A DNA stretch of 64,000 bases from Spirochaetales bacterium (GTDB taxonomy: Bacteria > Spirochaetota > Spirochaetia > Sphaerochaetales > Sphaerochaetaceae). The translations under genes were made by a program, and so were the position numbers. Location: the NCBI GenBank assembly GCA_012838895.1, contig DUOJ01000112.1, positions 5,398-69,397 of the forward strand. Reading direction: 5' to 3'. The stretch's first letter is position 1. Each line of letters begins with the position of its first letter. Positions 37,102-46,498 of the stretch are shown here, piece after piece. The notes under the pieces are model-generated. The model made no database searches, was not told where the DNA came from, and saw only the letters and a program-made list of their open reading frames with translations.

Positions 37102-38262
37102 GTGGAGCTCTTCTCTCTTCTCCAGGGCTTCACTATAGAGCCCCTCAATCGCCATCTTGGCATAGCTCTCTCTAAGTGTCTCTAGATTGGGGCGTACAAC
37201 GGGGTGTTTAGGGCTAAAAAGGGTACAGCAGTCGTCAAAGGGTAAAATTGAGGTCTCATAGGTCCCTATCTCCTTAGCCATATCGATTATTACCCCTTTG
37301 TCCAACCCTATTAGGGGTCTAAAAACTGGCAAAGTAGAGAGAGAGTTGGTGAAAGCTAAACTCTCTACCGTTTGACTGGCTACTTGAGAGAGCGACTCTC
37401 CCGTAATAATAGCTTGGCAGCTCCTCTCAGTGGCCAAAAGGTTGGCAATTCGCATCATACAAGCGCGCATTAAGAGGGTGTGTTCCCTTACCGGGGAGGT
37501 TGCGGCGATATGGAGTTGAATTGGGGTGAAGGGGATGATGTGGAGCACAAGTGAATTGAGGTAGGGGCTGAGGGACTCAGCCAAAGAGACAACCTTTCCT
37601 CGCGCTTCATCGGAGGTGTAGGGGTAGGTGTGGTAGTAGACCGCCTCAAGTTTTAACCCCCGCTTAGCCATCAAATAACCACTAACAGGGGAGTCAATTC
37701 CCCCTGAGAGGAGGAGCATCCCGCGGCCGGCACTCCCCACCGGAAGCCCCCCAAGGCCCCCTTTGGGGGAGTAGTAGAGGTAGGCTTGGTCTCTAATTTC
37801 GACATAGAGGGTCCGGTCAGGTTCACGCACCGACACCTTTAAGCCCTCTTGGGCTTTCAAAATGGCCCCCCCCAAGTGGGCACTGAGGCCGTATGAGTCG
37901 AGGGGGAAACTTTTATCAGAGCGACGCGATTCAACTTTAAAGGTAGCTGTCCCCTCTAAAAAGTGCTCTTGTGAGGTTAGCTCAATGGCAGAGCGGGTAA
38001 TCGCATCGAGCTCTTTGTTACATTTAATTGCCCGGGCAAAACCAACAATGCCAAAAGTGGTCGCTAAAGCGTGGTGGATTGTTGCCAAGGGGGCCTCTCC
38101 GTCAACTTCTAAGAAAAGGCGTCCTTTTTGGCGCAACAATCGATTTGAATAGGGGCGGAGCTTATATTTAATATTATCCTTTAATCTCTTCTCAAAGAGC
38201 CCTCGGTTTTGCCCTTTAAGGGCAATTTCACCCAATTTTATCAGATAAAGAGTTTTATTCAT
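37096..38262 (-). CDS. thiI: tRNA 4-thiouridine synthase ThiI (no rhodanese domain)
   Basis: N-terminal ferredoxin-like and THUMP region, then the PP-loop LLLSGGIDSPV. ATG 38262 is preferred over GTG 38265. Confidence 0.85.
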   Translation of the reverse strand: MNKTLYLIKLGEIALKGQNRGLFEKRLKDNIKYKLRPYSNRLLRQKGRLFLEVDGEAPLATIHHALATTFGIVGFARAIKCNKELDAITRSAIELTSQEHFLEGTATFKVESRRSDKSFPLDSYGLSAHLGGAILKAQEGLKVSVREPDRTLYVEIRDQAYLYYSPKGGLGGLPVGSAGRGMLLLSGGIDSPVSGYLMAKRGLKLEAVYYHTYPYTSDEARGKVVSLAESLSPYLNSLVLHIIPFTPIQLHIAATSPVREHTLLMRACMMRIANLLATERSCQAIITGESLSQVASQTVESLAFTNSLSTLPVFRPLIGLDKGVIIDMAKEIGTYETSILPFDDCCTLFSPKHPVVRPNLETLRESYAKMAIEGLYSEALEKREELHL

Positions 38263-38264
38263 CA

Positions 38265-39413
38265 CTACAACCTCGGTTCTAAATTTAAGCGTCCACTCTC
38301 CTCTTTGAGAGCTGTGGCGAGGGACAGAAGCTCCTCTTCGCTAGTGTCACAATCGAAAGAGATCCTTAGCGAGCCCGCCGCCTGCGAAGGGGTATAAGAG
38401 GCGTTCATAAAGAGAGTTTGGTTAGTCTTGGGGGAGTTGCTTGAACAGGCTGAACCACTTGAGAGACAAAAACCACGGTCCCAGAGGATACGAGAAAAGA
38501 CCTCACCCATAAACCCCTTGACCGAGATGGTTATAATAAAGGGGGTGTGAGCCTTATCAGAGGAGCTTAACACCTCGATTGCACTACAACCTTGCAGGGC
38601 CTCTTCAAAAAAACTCCTCAACTCTCTCCCTCTGGCAAGCTTACCATCGAGGTTATTTAAACTCTCCTCTAACGCCACATTGAGGGCTGCTATAGAAGGA
38701 AGAGATTCAGTTCCTCCCCGAATACCCCCCTCTTGTCCTCCACCACTACTGGCGACTTGGAGGCTACCACTTTGTAGGTAGAGGAGCCCTATTCCACGCG
38801 GTCCTCTAAACTTGTGTCCACTAAAAGAGGCTGAGTCGACCCCCAGTTCCGTTAAGTTGAAGTCAATCTTGCCTAGCGCTTGGACTGCATCACAGTGGAT
38901 ATGGGCTTGTAAAGAGCATTCACGAACAAGCTTTGTCACCCTTTTTAAATCTTGGACACTGCCAAAGAGGTTACTCACCAGAGGGACACAAACAAGTTGG
39001 GTCTTTTCGGTTAACTCTTTCTCAAGGACCTCAAAGTCGAGGTAGCCACCGGGAGCTTTAATGGTAATAACCTCAAAGCCACTCCTCTCCAAGAGGGGGA
39101 TAAATCCTGTTATAGAGCTGTGTTCTAAAGAGCTTAGTAGGATACGCCCAGGGTTGCGTTTCCACAAAAGGGAGGTGAGGACAATGGCGTTGCTCTCAGT
39201 GGCTCCGCTAGTATAAAAGAGTTGCTTCTCGTTAACTTTTAACAGCCGTGCTGTTGTTGAGCGCTCCTCAGCAAGTTTTTTGGCAGCTTCGCGCCCCTCT
39301 TTGTGGAGACTTGAGGGGTTTCCAATATATTTTTGAGCCACCTCTCGGTAAACCTCCAAAGGGCGCTCCCCCATAGCAGTAGTGGCAGCAGTGTCAAAAT
39401 AGAGTCTTTTCAT
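38265..39413 (-). CDS. Cysteine desulfurase (NifS/IscS-like class V aminotransferase)
   Basis: PLP lysine block SFSGHKFRGPRGIG and the active-site loop LSSGSACSS. It lies immediately upstream of thiI, making a plausible sulfur-relay pair. Confidence 0.85.
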   Translation of the reverse strand: MKRLYFDTAATTAMGERPLEVYREVAQKYIGNPSSLHKEGREAAKKLAEERSTTARLLKVNEKQLFYTSGATESNAIVLTSLLWKRNPGRILLSSLEHSSITGFIPLLERSGFEVITIKAPGGYLDFEVLEKELTEKTQLVCVPLVSNLFGSVQDLKRVTKLVRECSLQAHIHCDAVQALGKIDFNLTELGVDSASFSGHKFRGPRGIGLLYLQSGSLQVASSGGGQEGGIRGGTESLPSIAALNVALEESLNNLDGKLARGRELRSFFEEALQGCSAIEVLSSSDKAHTPFIITISVKGFMGEVFSRILWDRGFCLSSGSACSSNSPKTNQTLFMNASYTPSQAAGSLRISFDCDTSEEELLSLATALKEESGRLNLEPRL

Positions 39414-39457
39414 AGCTCCAATATGGGCTAAAATGGCCTTTTTGACAACTACTCACC

Positions 39458-39486
39458 TTGTTACAAGGGGGGGAAGCGAGTAGACT
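39458..39486 (+). promoter_or_regulatory. Sigma-70-type promoter placed to give a leaderless or near-leaderless aroB mRNA
   Basis: TTGTTA (39458-63) -N17- TAGACT (39481-86). The aroB ATG at 39493 is only 6 nt after the -10 hexamer and no SD is present. Confidence 0.35.
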
Positions 39487-39492
39487 ACCCCT

Positions 39493-40530
39493 ATGGAAAA
39501 GTTGTTTAGTGTCACCTTAGGGGAGAGGCACAGCGACCTCTACTTTACCCCCTCTCTTGATAGCCTCTGGAACCACCTTGCCACCCTCACGGGGCGCTCT
39601 CTCTTTGTCGCTGATACCAACACTGCCCCTCTCCTCCCTTTAGGGATAGAGCACTTAATTCTCCCCAGTGGCGAAGAGGAGAAGGGGTGGGCGAGTGTCG
39701 TAGCCATTGTAAAGCGTGCCAAGGAGCTCGGTTTTGGCCGTGACGACTCTCTAGTAGCTTTGGGAGGTGGGGTGATTGGTGACATTACCGCCTTTGCCGC
39801 CTCTCTCTATATGCGGGGGTGTCAATTAATTTTAGTCCCTACCACCCTCTTAGCGATGGTCGATGCGACCCTTGGGGGAAAGACAGCTATCGACTTTGAT
39901 TCCAGTAAAAACTTTTTAGGGACCTTCTACCCGGCACAACAGATCTATCTGGTTCCACAAGTGCTCCAAACCCTCCCAATGAGGGAGTATAAAAATGGGT
40001 TAGCTGAAGTAGTGAAGCACGCCCTCATAAGCCAAGATGCGGAGCTACTCCTCTTTTTGGAGAAGAACTACCAAGAGGTTAAAGAGAGGGATGAAAATCT
40101 TCTTAAAGAGCTCCTCTATAAATCGCTCTTAGTTAAAAAGGGGTATATAGAACAAGACCCCTTTGAGACCAAGGGGATTCGGGAGGTGCTCAACTTTGGC
40201 CACACCTTTGGCCACGCCCTCGAAGTTTTGGGCAACTTTAGCCGCTACTCCCATGGAGAGGCGGTAGCTTGGGGGATGCGTCGGGCCCTGTTGGCTGGCT
40301 TAGAGTTGGGGATAACGCCTAAAGAGTTTGTAAAGAGAGCCCTTGCTCTCCTTGAGCTCTACTCTTTCAGCGACTTCTCTTCAAACCTTGATAAACCAGC
40401 TTTCTTGGCAGCCCTACAAAGCGATAAGAAGAAGAGAAGTTCGCAAGTTCGCTTTGTCCTCTTAAGGGGGGTGGGCAATTACCAGCTAACCCATCTCTCC
40501 AATGCTCTGATAGAATCACTCATCGAATAG
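39493..40530 (+). CDS. aroB: 3-dehydroquinate synthase
   Basis: ALGGGVIGDITAFAASLYMRG, VPTTLLAMVDATLGGKTAIDF and NFGHTFGHALE metal and NAD motifs. Confidence 0.85.
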   Translation: MEKLFSVTLGERHSDLYFTPSLDSLWNHLATLTGRSLFVADTNTAPLLPLGIEHLILPSGEEEKGWASVVAIVKRAKELGFGRDDSLVALGGGVIGDITAFAASLYMRGCQLILVPTTLLAMVDATLGGKTAIDFDSSKNFLGTFYPAQQIYLVPQVLQTLPMREYKNGLAEVVKHALISQDAELLLFLEKNYQEVKERDENLLKELLYKSLLVKKGYIEQDPFETKGIREVLNFGHTFGHALEVLGNFSRYSHGEAVAWGMRRALLAGLELGITPKEFVKRALALLELYSFSDFSSNLDKPAFLAALQSDKKKRSSQVRFVLLRGVGNYQLTHLSNALIESLIE

Positions 40531-42993
40531 GGTGACGAGTTCATTTAGGAGACCCTTCGCCTTCTGATACTCTTTGTCACTCTTTTTACGATCAATTTCA
40601 TCAACTAAGTTGCTCAAGGCGTAGATGGAGGTGTCGAGTGCTTCAAAGTAGTAACGTGTTGAGCTGAAGCGGTATTGACCATTGTTTTGCAACACCAGTT
40701 GGACAAAGCCGAGATGTTTCTTCCTCTTAAGGCGACAGAAGGCTAAGAGGTGGTCTAAGTTGTCGACTAAGTTTGGCAAATCATCCATCCCAAAAGTGCC
40801 TGCTGGAGGGGAGGCTAAGATCCCCTGTTCAGGTTTCAACTTCCCCCTTAGGTTGAGGAGGGTGGGGAGTTTGTCCCCATAATGGATATAGTGGTCTCTC
40901 CACATTAGGGTGGAGGGGTAGTTACGTATCGCCCGTTTAGAGCTCTTACTCTTGTGATAAAGGAAATCTAACTCTTCGTAGGGGATTATTACCATTGAGC
41001 GCTTCGCTTTGCCAATCGTAATAAGTTGAAACTCTTTGCCGTAGAGGGGGAGACTCTTGCCAACAGCCTCTTTACGTACCACCTCTTTTTCCCCCTTCTT
41101 GGCAGTTTTTGCCCCCAAGAGGCGGGGCCTAAGGGCGGGGTGGATTAGGTCGAGCCACTCCCGCTTGAGGGGGGAGACGGTGCGTGCATAGAGGCGACTA
41201 GTTTGGACAATTTCGCCGGCTAATAAAAACTGGGGTAGCTCTTTAAACCAAGCTGACCCGGGGTGGATAAAAATTTGATCAACACTGAGGCTGCGGTACA
41301 TGTTGCGTTTACTCTTAATACAGACATACTGGAGGAGTCCAGCGGCGAGGCAGCAGAGAAAATCTTGGTTTGACCCTCCACCGGTGAGGGGGAAGCCTGT
41401 TTCACTCACGATTTCACTCAACTGCTCTTCGATATGGAAAATCTCCACCATAGTGGGGTAGTCAAGGTAGCTCTTTTTACAAAACTCTTCTCTCTCCTCT
41501 TTGGTAGCATGTGAGGTGAAGCTGTTGAAGATGGTGAGGTAAGAGATAAAGTCCCCTTGTTGACTATTAAAGGTGTGGTGGGCCGCTTTTGCCTCCTCTT
41601 CCTCTCCTGGAGGGAGAATAAAGGGGGTTTTGGTTGAGAGGAAGCTGATTGCTATTAAAACCTCCTCCATCACTTGGGGGAAGCGGTACATCGCCTCAAC
41701 AATAACTCGCGCGTGGCGGGGGAGGAGGGGGAACTTAACCATCATCTCCCCAATTGAGGTAAGATGGCGCTCTTTATCGATTGCTTCAATTAAAAGTAAG
41801 GTCTCTTCGGCACTCTTAATCGCCTCACTCTTGGGGCGGGTTATAAAGGGGAAGCGTTCCCAATCAAAGATCCCCAGTTCACTCATCCTTATAATTACCT
41901 CAGAGAGGTCGGTCCTTAAGATCTCTTCAAGGGTGAACATCTCGCGACTGTTGTAGTCATCTTCGCTGTAGAGGCGGTAGCAACGGCCGGGGGCGGTTCT
42001 CCCAGCCCTCCCAGAGCGTTGTTCACACGAGCTTTGGCTGATGGGGAGGGTAATTAGGGAACTGGTAAAGTTTTTCTGGTTGTAGTAGTTGAGCTTAGCA
42101 ATCCCCGAATCAATTACCGTCGTGATACCATCGATGGTGACACTTGTTTCGGCAATATTGGTAGCCACCACAACTTTGGTCTTCCCCTTTGGGGTGGGGA
42201 TAAAGACCCGCTCTTGCTCCTCTTTAGAGAGGCGTCCAAAGAGGGGTAAGAGGAGGAGTTTATGGCTAAAGTTGGCCTCACTTAGGTATTGAAGGGTCAT
42301 CTTGATATCAAACTCGCCGGGGAGGAAGATTAAGATATCTCCCGGGAAGCGGTTGGCAGTCCGCCCCACTAGCTCGCGAATCCTTATATAGATCTCATCG
42401 CGGTCATCACTCTTTTTTAAAGGTTGGTAAATAACTTCAACTGGGTGTTGGCGCGCTTTTATTGAGATAATCGGAGCTCCATTGAAGAAGGAGCTAAAGA
42501 CCTTGGTGTTGATGGTGGCTGAGGAGATGATAACCTTGAAGTCGCTCCGCTCAGCTAACACATTCTTCAGTAATCCCAAGACAAAATCGATGTTTAAGCT
42601 CCGCTCATGGGCTTCGTCAATCAGCATCACCGAGTAGGCTGAGAGGAGGGGGTCGTTTTTAGCCTCCATCAAGAGAATCCCATCGGTCATTACTTTAATT
42701 TTTGTCTCCCCTTTGGTAGTGTCACTAAAGCGCATCTTGTAGGCGACATAACTCTCGGGGGCATCGAGTTGCTTCTCAATAAAGGAGGTGACCGAAAGGG
42801 TGGCAATCCGGCGCGGTTGAGTCACCCCAATTATCCCCTCTTTGGCATAACCTGCTTCGTTTAAGATGAGGGGGATTTGGGTCGTTTTTCCACTACCAGT
42901 AGGGCTCTCTACAACAATAACTTGGTTGTTTTTGAGAGCCTCTAGAATCTTCTCTCGGTGTTGGTAAACGGGAAGATGGCTCATTGTCAACAC
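40516..42993 (-). CDS. DEAH-box ATP-dependent RNA helicase (HrpA/HrpB-like)
   Basis: ESPTGSGKTTQIP, IDEAHERS, SATIN, TNIAETSVTIDG and QRSGRAGR, plus HA2/OB-like C-terminal region. The start is either GTG 42993 or ATG 42984. Confidence 0.85.
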   Translation of the reverse strand: MLTMSHLPVYQHREKILEALKNNQVIVVESPTGSGKTTQIPLILNEAGYAKEGIIGVTQPRRIATLSVTSFIEKQLDAPESYVAYKMRFSDTTKGETKIKVMTDGILLMEAKNDPLLSAYSVMLIDEAHERSLNIDFVLGLLKNVLAERSDFKVIISSATINTKVFSSFFNGAPIISIKARQHPVEVIYQPLKKSDDRDEIYIRIRELVGRTANRFPGDILIFLPGEFDIKMTLQYLSEANFSHKLLLLPLFGRLSKEEQERVFIPTPKGKTKVVVATNIAETSVTIDGITTVIDSGIAKLNYYNQKNFTSSLITLPISQSSCEQRSGRAGRTAPGRCYRLYSEDDYNSREMFTLEEILRTDLSEVIIRMSELGIFDWERFPFITRPKSEAIKSAEETLLLIEAIDKERHLTSIGEMMVKFPLLPRHARVIVEAMYRFPQVMEEVLIAISFLSTKTPFILPPGEEEEAKAAHHTFNSQQGDFISYLTIFNSFTSHATKEEREEFCKKSYLDYPTMVEIFHIEEQLSEIVSETGFPLTGGGSNQDFLCCLAAGLLQYVCIKSKRNMYRSLSVDQIFIHPGSAWFKELPQFLLAGEIVQTSRLYARTVSPLKREWLDLIHPALRPRLLGAKTAKKGEKEVVRKEAVGKSLPLYGKEFQLITIGKAKRSMVIIPYEELDFLYHKSKSSKRAIRNYPSTLMWRDHYIHYGDKLPTLLNLRGKLKPEQGILASPPAGTFGMDDLPNLVDNLDHLLAFCRLKRKKHLGFVQLVLQNNGQYRFSSTRYYFEALDTSIYALSNLVDEIDRKKSDKEYQKAKGLLNELVTLFDE

Positions 42994-44285
42994 TAAAGAG
43001 TACCCTTTACCTGTGCCACAATCTCCTTCAAAGAGAGTTCATGGTCGCTGCGTTGCTCTAAGTTACGGAGGGTGAAATCGTCCTCACCTTTAACAAAGAG
43101 GGCGTAGGGGATTTCGTGAGCTTCACCATATTTATATTGTGCCATCAGTTTTTTGTCACTTAAGAAGAGGTCACATCTAACGCCACTCTCTCTTAAAGTT
43201 TGTGCTGTCTTTAAGTAGAGGGGAAGAAGGGTCTCATCGAGGAAGAGGATTAAGATATCACTAGATGAAGCGCTGTGGGCTAGGGAGGCATCCAACTCCT
43301 CGAGGGCACTCAAGAGGCGGTCTAGGCCAATTGATGAGCCCACTCCCGGTAGCTCCTCTTTGGTGTAGAGGGAGGCAAGGTCGTTGTAGCGTCCCCCTGA
43401 ACAGACTGATCCAATTGAGGGTAAATCGGTTAGGAAGGTCTCAAAGACCACCCCGGTATAGTAATCCAAGCCCCGGGTAATAGAGGGGTCTAAGATAAAG
43501 TTAGAGGCAATGCCGAGGGAGTTGAGGAGGGCAAAGATCTCTTTGAGACGTTTAGTGTGCTCCTCCTCGTTGCCGGCAAGCTCAGAGAGGCGTTCAATAG
43601 TTTGAGTTGTACTTTCCCCCTCTTTTGGGGTGATATAATTGAGGATAGCAGCGGCTGCTTCATCTGAGCCAATTATTTCTATGAGTTGATTTTTAACGGC
43701 TTGCTCCCCAATCTTTCTCAGTTTGTCAACTATGCGGAGAATTTCGACTGCATGGTCACCACAATCGATGTGATTTAAAAAAGCGTTGAGCAGGCCACGG
43801 TGGGCAAGGTGGATAGTGAAGCGTGAGAGTCCCATCGCCTTAAAGGCGTCGCTCATCATCAATAATATTTCAGTATCGGCTACAGCCGAGTCTATTCCGA
43901 CAATATCAAAATCGCACTGGTAGAACTCACGGTAGCGCCCCTTTTGGGGATTCTCTCCCCGCCACACTTTGTCGATATGGTAACGTTTGAAGGGGAGGGG
44001 AAGCTTGTGGAGGTTGCCTGCCATAAAGCGGGCGAAGGGGACAGTGAGGTCAAAGCGCATTGCTACATCGCGCCCACCGTTATCTACAAAGTGGAAGATC
44101 TGTTTATCAGTCTCTCCCCCCCCCTTGCCTAGTAACACTTCGGTGTACTCTAAAACCGGGGTATCGATGGGGACAAAACCAAAGGAAGAGAAAACCTCTT
44201 CCAAGGTGGCTATCACCTGCTTTTTGACTATTTCTTGGCTTGGAAGTGAATCTCTAAAGCCTTTTAGTACTCTGGGTTGAATCAT
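42993..44285 (-). CDS. hisS: Histidyl-tRNA synthetase
   Basis: ORF 42993-44480 trimmed to ATG 44285 (MIQPRVLKGFRDSLP). Class II motifs: KQIFHFVD, RYREFYQCDFDIVG and SGGRYNDL...GSSIGLDR. Confidence 0.9.
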   Translation of the reverse strand: MIQPRVLKGFRDSLPSQEIVKKQVIATLEEVFSSFGFVPIDTPVLEYTEVLLGKGGGETDKQIFHFVDNGGRDVAMRFDLTVPFARFMAGNLHKLPLPFKRYHIDKVWRGENPQKGRYREFYQCDFDIVGIDSAVADTEILLMMSDAFKAMGLSRFTIHLAHRGLLNAFLNHIDCGDHAVEILRIVDKLRKIGEQAVKNQLIEIIGSDEAAAAILNYITPKEGESTTQTIERLSELAGNEEEHTKRLKEIFALLNSLGIASNFILDPSITRGLDYYTGVVFETFLTDLPSIGSVCSGGRYNDLASLYTKEELPGVGSSIGLDRLLSALEELDASLAHSASSSDILILFLDETLLPLYLKTAQTLRESGVRCDLFLSDKKLMAQYKYGEAHEIPYALFVKGEDDFTLRNLEQRSDHELSLKEIVAQVKGTL

Positions 44286-44383
44286 GCGAAACAGCTCCTG
44301 TTGCATTTTTAAAAGAGATAGTATACACATTGTAGTGTAAACAAATCGAGGGGAAACTGCAAGAGAAGCTACAATAGCAGATA

Positions 44384-45523
44384 GTGATGTTAATACGTTA
44401 TAAAAAAGGTGAAGATGGCTCAAATATTCCTGTTGCCCATGTCTATACAGCCCAAGAACACCCCATAAAAGGGACTTCAATCGACAAGGACGCCTTGGCG
44501 GTCGTTAAGAAGTTACAAGAGGCCGGCGCAGAGGCCTATATCGTAGGAGGGGCTGTGCGCGACCTCCTTCTAAACCATATACCCAAAGATTTTGACATCG
44601 CCACCTCAGCCACCCCTAGGCAAATTCAAAAGTTGTTTTGGAATGCCCGTATAATCGGCAAGCGCTTCAGATTAGTCCACCTGATCTTTCGCGACAAGGT
44701 GTTCGAAGTCTCCACTTTCCGCTCAGGAGATGAAGAATCGATCTATGGGACGGTAGAACAAGATGCCAAGCGGCGCGACTTTAGCCTCAATAGCCTCTAT
44801 TACAACCCAGTAACGGGGGACCTTCTCGACTTCAATAGGGCGATGGATGATATTAAAAAGGGGCGAATCCGTTCAGTTATCCCCCTTACAACCTCGTTTA
44901 TTGACGACCCAGTAAGGATGGTAAGAGCCGTTAAGTACAGTGTCTTTACCGGCTTTTACCTCGAGCGCGACATTAAACGCTCAATTCGCAAAAATCGCTA
45001 CGAGTTGACTAAAGTCTCCAACTCTAGGGTGACCGAAGAGGTCTTTAAGGTCCTCTATTCGGGGGAAGCGGCCCCAATTATGAGGCAACTCAACAAGCAC
45101 CAACTCTTAGTCTATCTCCTTCCTTGTATTGCCGTTTCAGCTAACTTAGAAGAGATTTTTAACCAACTCGAATCTCTTGATGAAAAGGTTAAAAAGTTGA
45201 TTGAGCTCAACCGTAACACAAGGCTCGACTCCCTTAGAGGGGAGATGCTCCTCCACTTAGTGAGACCGATTATCCTCCCCATCAAGCAAGACGAGGAGGT
45301 GAGTGTTAGTGAACTCTTTAAGGCGACTTATGCCCAGATAAAGCGGCTAATAAACCCCATTACCCCTCCCAATTACGATGTTGAGCAGGCGACACTTCTC
45401 CTCTTGAAAGGGGAAGGGGTCAATGTCCCTCCAACTTGTTTGCGCACTAAACCACCTCTACAGCAGTATGGGCAGTTAAGGGCAGCTCAAAGTAGGGGGC
45501 GGCGACGACCTAAAAGGATTTAA
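44384..45523 (+). CDS. Class II nucleotidyltransferase lacking an HD domain, with a poly(A) polymerase-type signature (PcnB-like)
   Basis: YIVGGAVRDLLL...DFDIAT head and RRDFSLNSLYY. IIGKRFRLVHL directly after the head domain fits the bacterial PAP signature as I recall it. Basic C-terminal tail (SRGRRRPKRI). Confidence 0.65.
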   Translation: MMLIRYKKGEDGSNIPVAHVYTAQEHPIKGTSIDKDALAVVKKLQEAGAEAYIVGGAVRDLLLNHIPKDFDIATSATPRQIQKLFWNARIIGKRFRLVHLIFRDKVFEVSTFRSGDEESIYGTVEQDAKRRDFSLNSLYYNPVTGDLLDFNRAMDDIKKGRIRSVIPLTTSFIDDPVRMVRAVKYSVFTGFYLERDIKRSIRKNRYELTKVSNSRVTEEVFKVLYSGEAAPIMRQLNKHQLLVYLLPCIAVSANLEEIFNQLESLDEKVKKLIELNRNTRLDSLRGEMLLHLVRPIILPIKQDEEVSVSELFKATYAQIKRLINPITPPNYDVEQATLLLLKGEGVNVPPTCLRTKPPLQQYGQLRAAQSRGRRRPKRI

Positions 45524-46380
45524 GACCACTCCTCAATCTCAAGGTCGATGCCTGCCACAAAGATTCCCCCATATTTTTCAAGGGAGTCTCCAATGTACTC
45601 TTGGAGCTCAGAGAGGGTTGAGGCAATTTGGTGTTTCATCGGAACGCGTAGCTTAACAGTCAGTTTATACCCCTCAGGGACAATCTTCATATTGACCTTA
45701 GTCACCTTAATGAGTTGGTCAAACTCATCAAGGCAGTGAATCACCATTTGGGTAAGGGCTGCTTCGCTCATGGTGATACGCCCATATTTGCTAAATTCAG
45801 GACGGACAATAGTCTTCTCAAAAGATTTGTTTTTCTTCCAGGGGAGGCGAAAGCGACTACGGAAAAAAACCCTCAGTGAGTCGTAGACAATTTGGGGGTA
45901 ACTTCGGGTAATTTCGATAGCAGGTACTGGGATAACATGCTTCCCTTCACTAAAGCGGATACGCATGGCCGTTTCAATCTCTTCTTGGCTCGCAATATCT
46001 TCGATGTGGTAAATGCGGTCGGGAGGGGGAAGTTTGAGGCGTGCTGCAATCTTATAGACCATCTTCTCGGAGGTTCCAATAATTAAGATTCGGTGGTACT
46101 TCTCCTTTTGGAGGGCACTTATCGTCTCTCTCTGGTGCTCATCATCGTCAAAGAGGGCTGTTCTAACGGCAGTTAAGAAGTTGTTTTCTCGCTTAGCTGA
46201 ACGCCCAGCCAATACCCGGTCCCCTTTTATAAGGAGACCATCATCGATAATGAGATCTATATTGTGTTTGTCTGCCATCAGCTTTGATCGGAAACTTTTA
46301 CCGGTTCCACTCTTTCCCACTAAAGCAAAGACCTTAACCCCTTTTAATTTCCAAAAAGCGTAGCGGAATATACGATTCAT
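45520..46380 (-). CDS. P-loop NTPase fused to an Asp23/Gls24-like C-terminal domain (hypothetical)
   Basis: Walker A LVGKSGTGKS and Walker B-like IDLIIDD. The C-terminal ~90 aa (ITMSEAALTQMVIHCLDEFDQLIKVTKVNMKIVPEGYKLTVKLRVPMKHQIASTLSELQEYIGDSLEKYGGIFVAGIDLEIEE) follow the Asp23 alternating pattern. Confidence 0.6.
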   Translation of the reverse strand: MNRIFRYAFWKLKGVKVFALVGKSGTGKSFRSKLMADKHNIDLIIDDGLLIKGDRVLAGRSAKRENNFLTAVRTALFDDDEHQRETISALQKEKYHRILIIGTSEKMVYKIAARLKLPPPDRIYHIEDIASQEEIETAMRIRFSEGKHVIPVPAIEITRSYPQIVYDSLRVFFRSRFRLPWKKNKSFEKTIVRPEFSKYGRITMSEAALTQMVIHCLDEFDQLIKVTKVNMKIVPEGYKLTVKLRVPMKHQIASTLSELQEYIGDSLEKYGGIFVAGIDLEIEEWS

Positions 46381-46437
46381 ATTTACTGTTATACCGTTTT
46401 TCGCTTAAGATATGAAGTGATAATTTAAATTACCTGA

Positions 46438-46469
46438 TAAATCCTCCTCTTACGAGAGTAGGGGATTTA
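46438..46469 (+). other. 13-bp bulged hairpin with UACG tetraloop in the rnfC / ATPase divergent intergenic region
   Basis: TAAATCCTC-CTCT-tacg-AGAG-ta-GGGGATTTA. It has no trailing U-tract on either strand and lies 30 nt before the rnfC ATG. Confidence 0.4.
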
Positions 46470-46498
46470 CCGCGTCTAATACCAAAGGAGTACCACAC

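Noticed and set aside
46428-46437. 10-mer AATTACCTGA shared between the rnfC/ATPase intergenic region and the region after tsaC (63817-63826)
   Set aside because: It is only a single shared 10-mer in AT-rich spacers. There is no extended similarity or inverted-repeat context, so chance cannot be excluded and I do not call it a repeat or motif.
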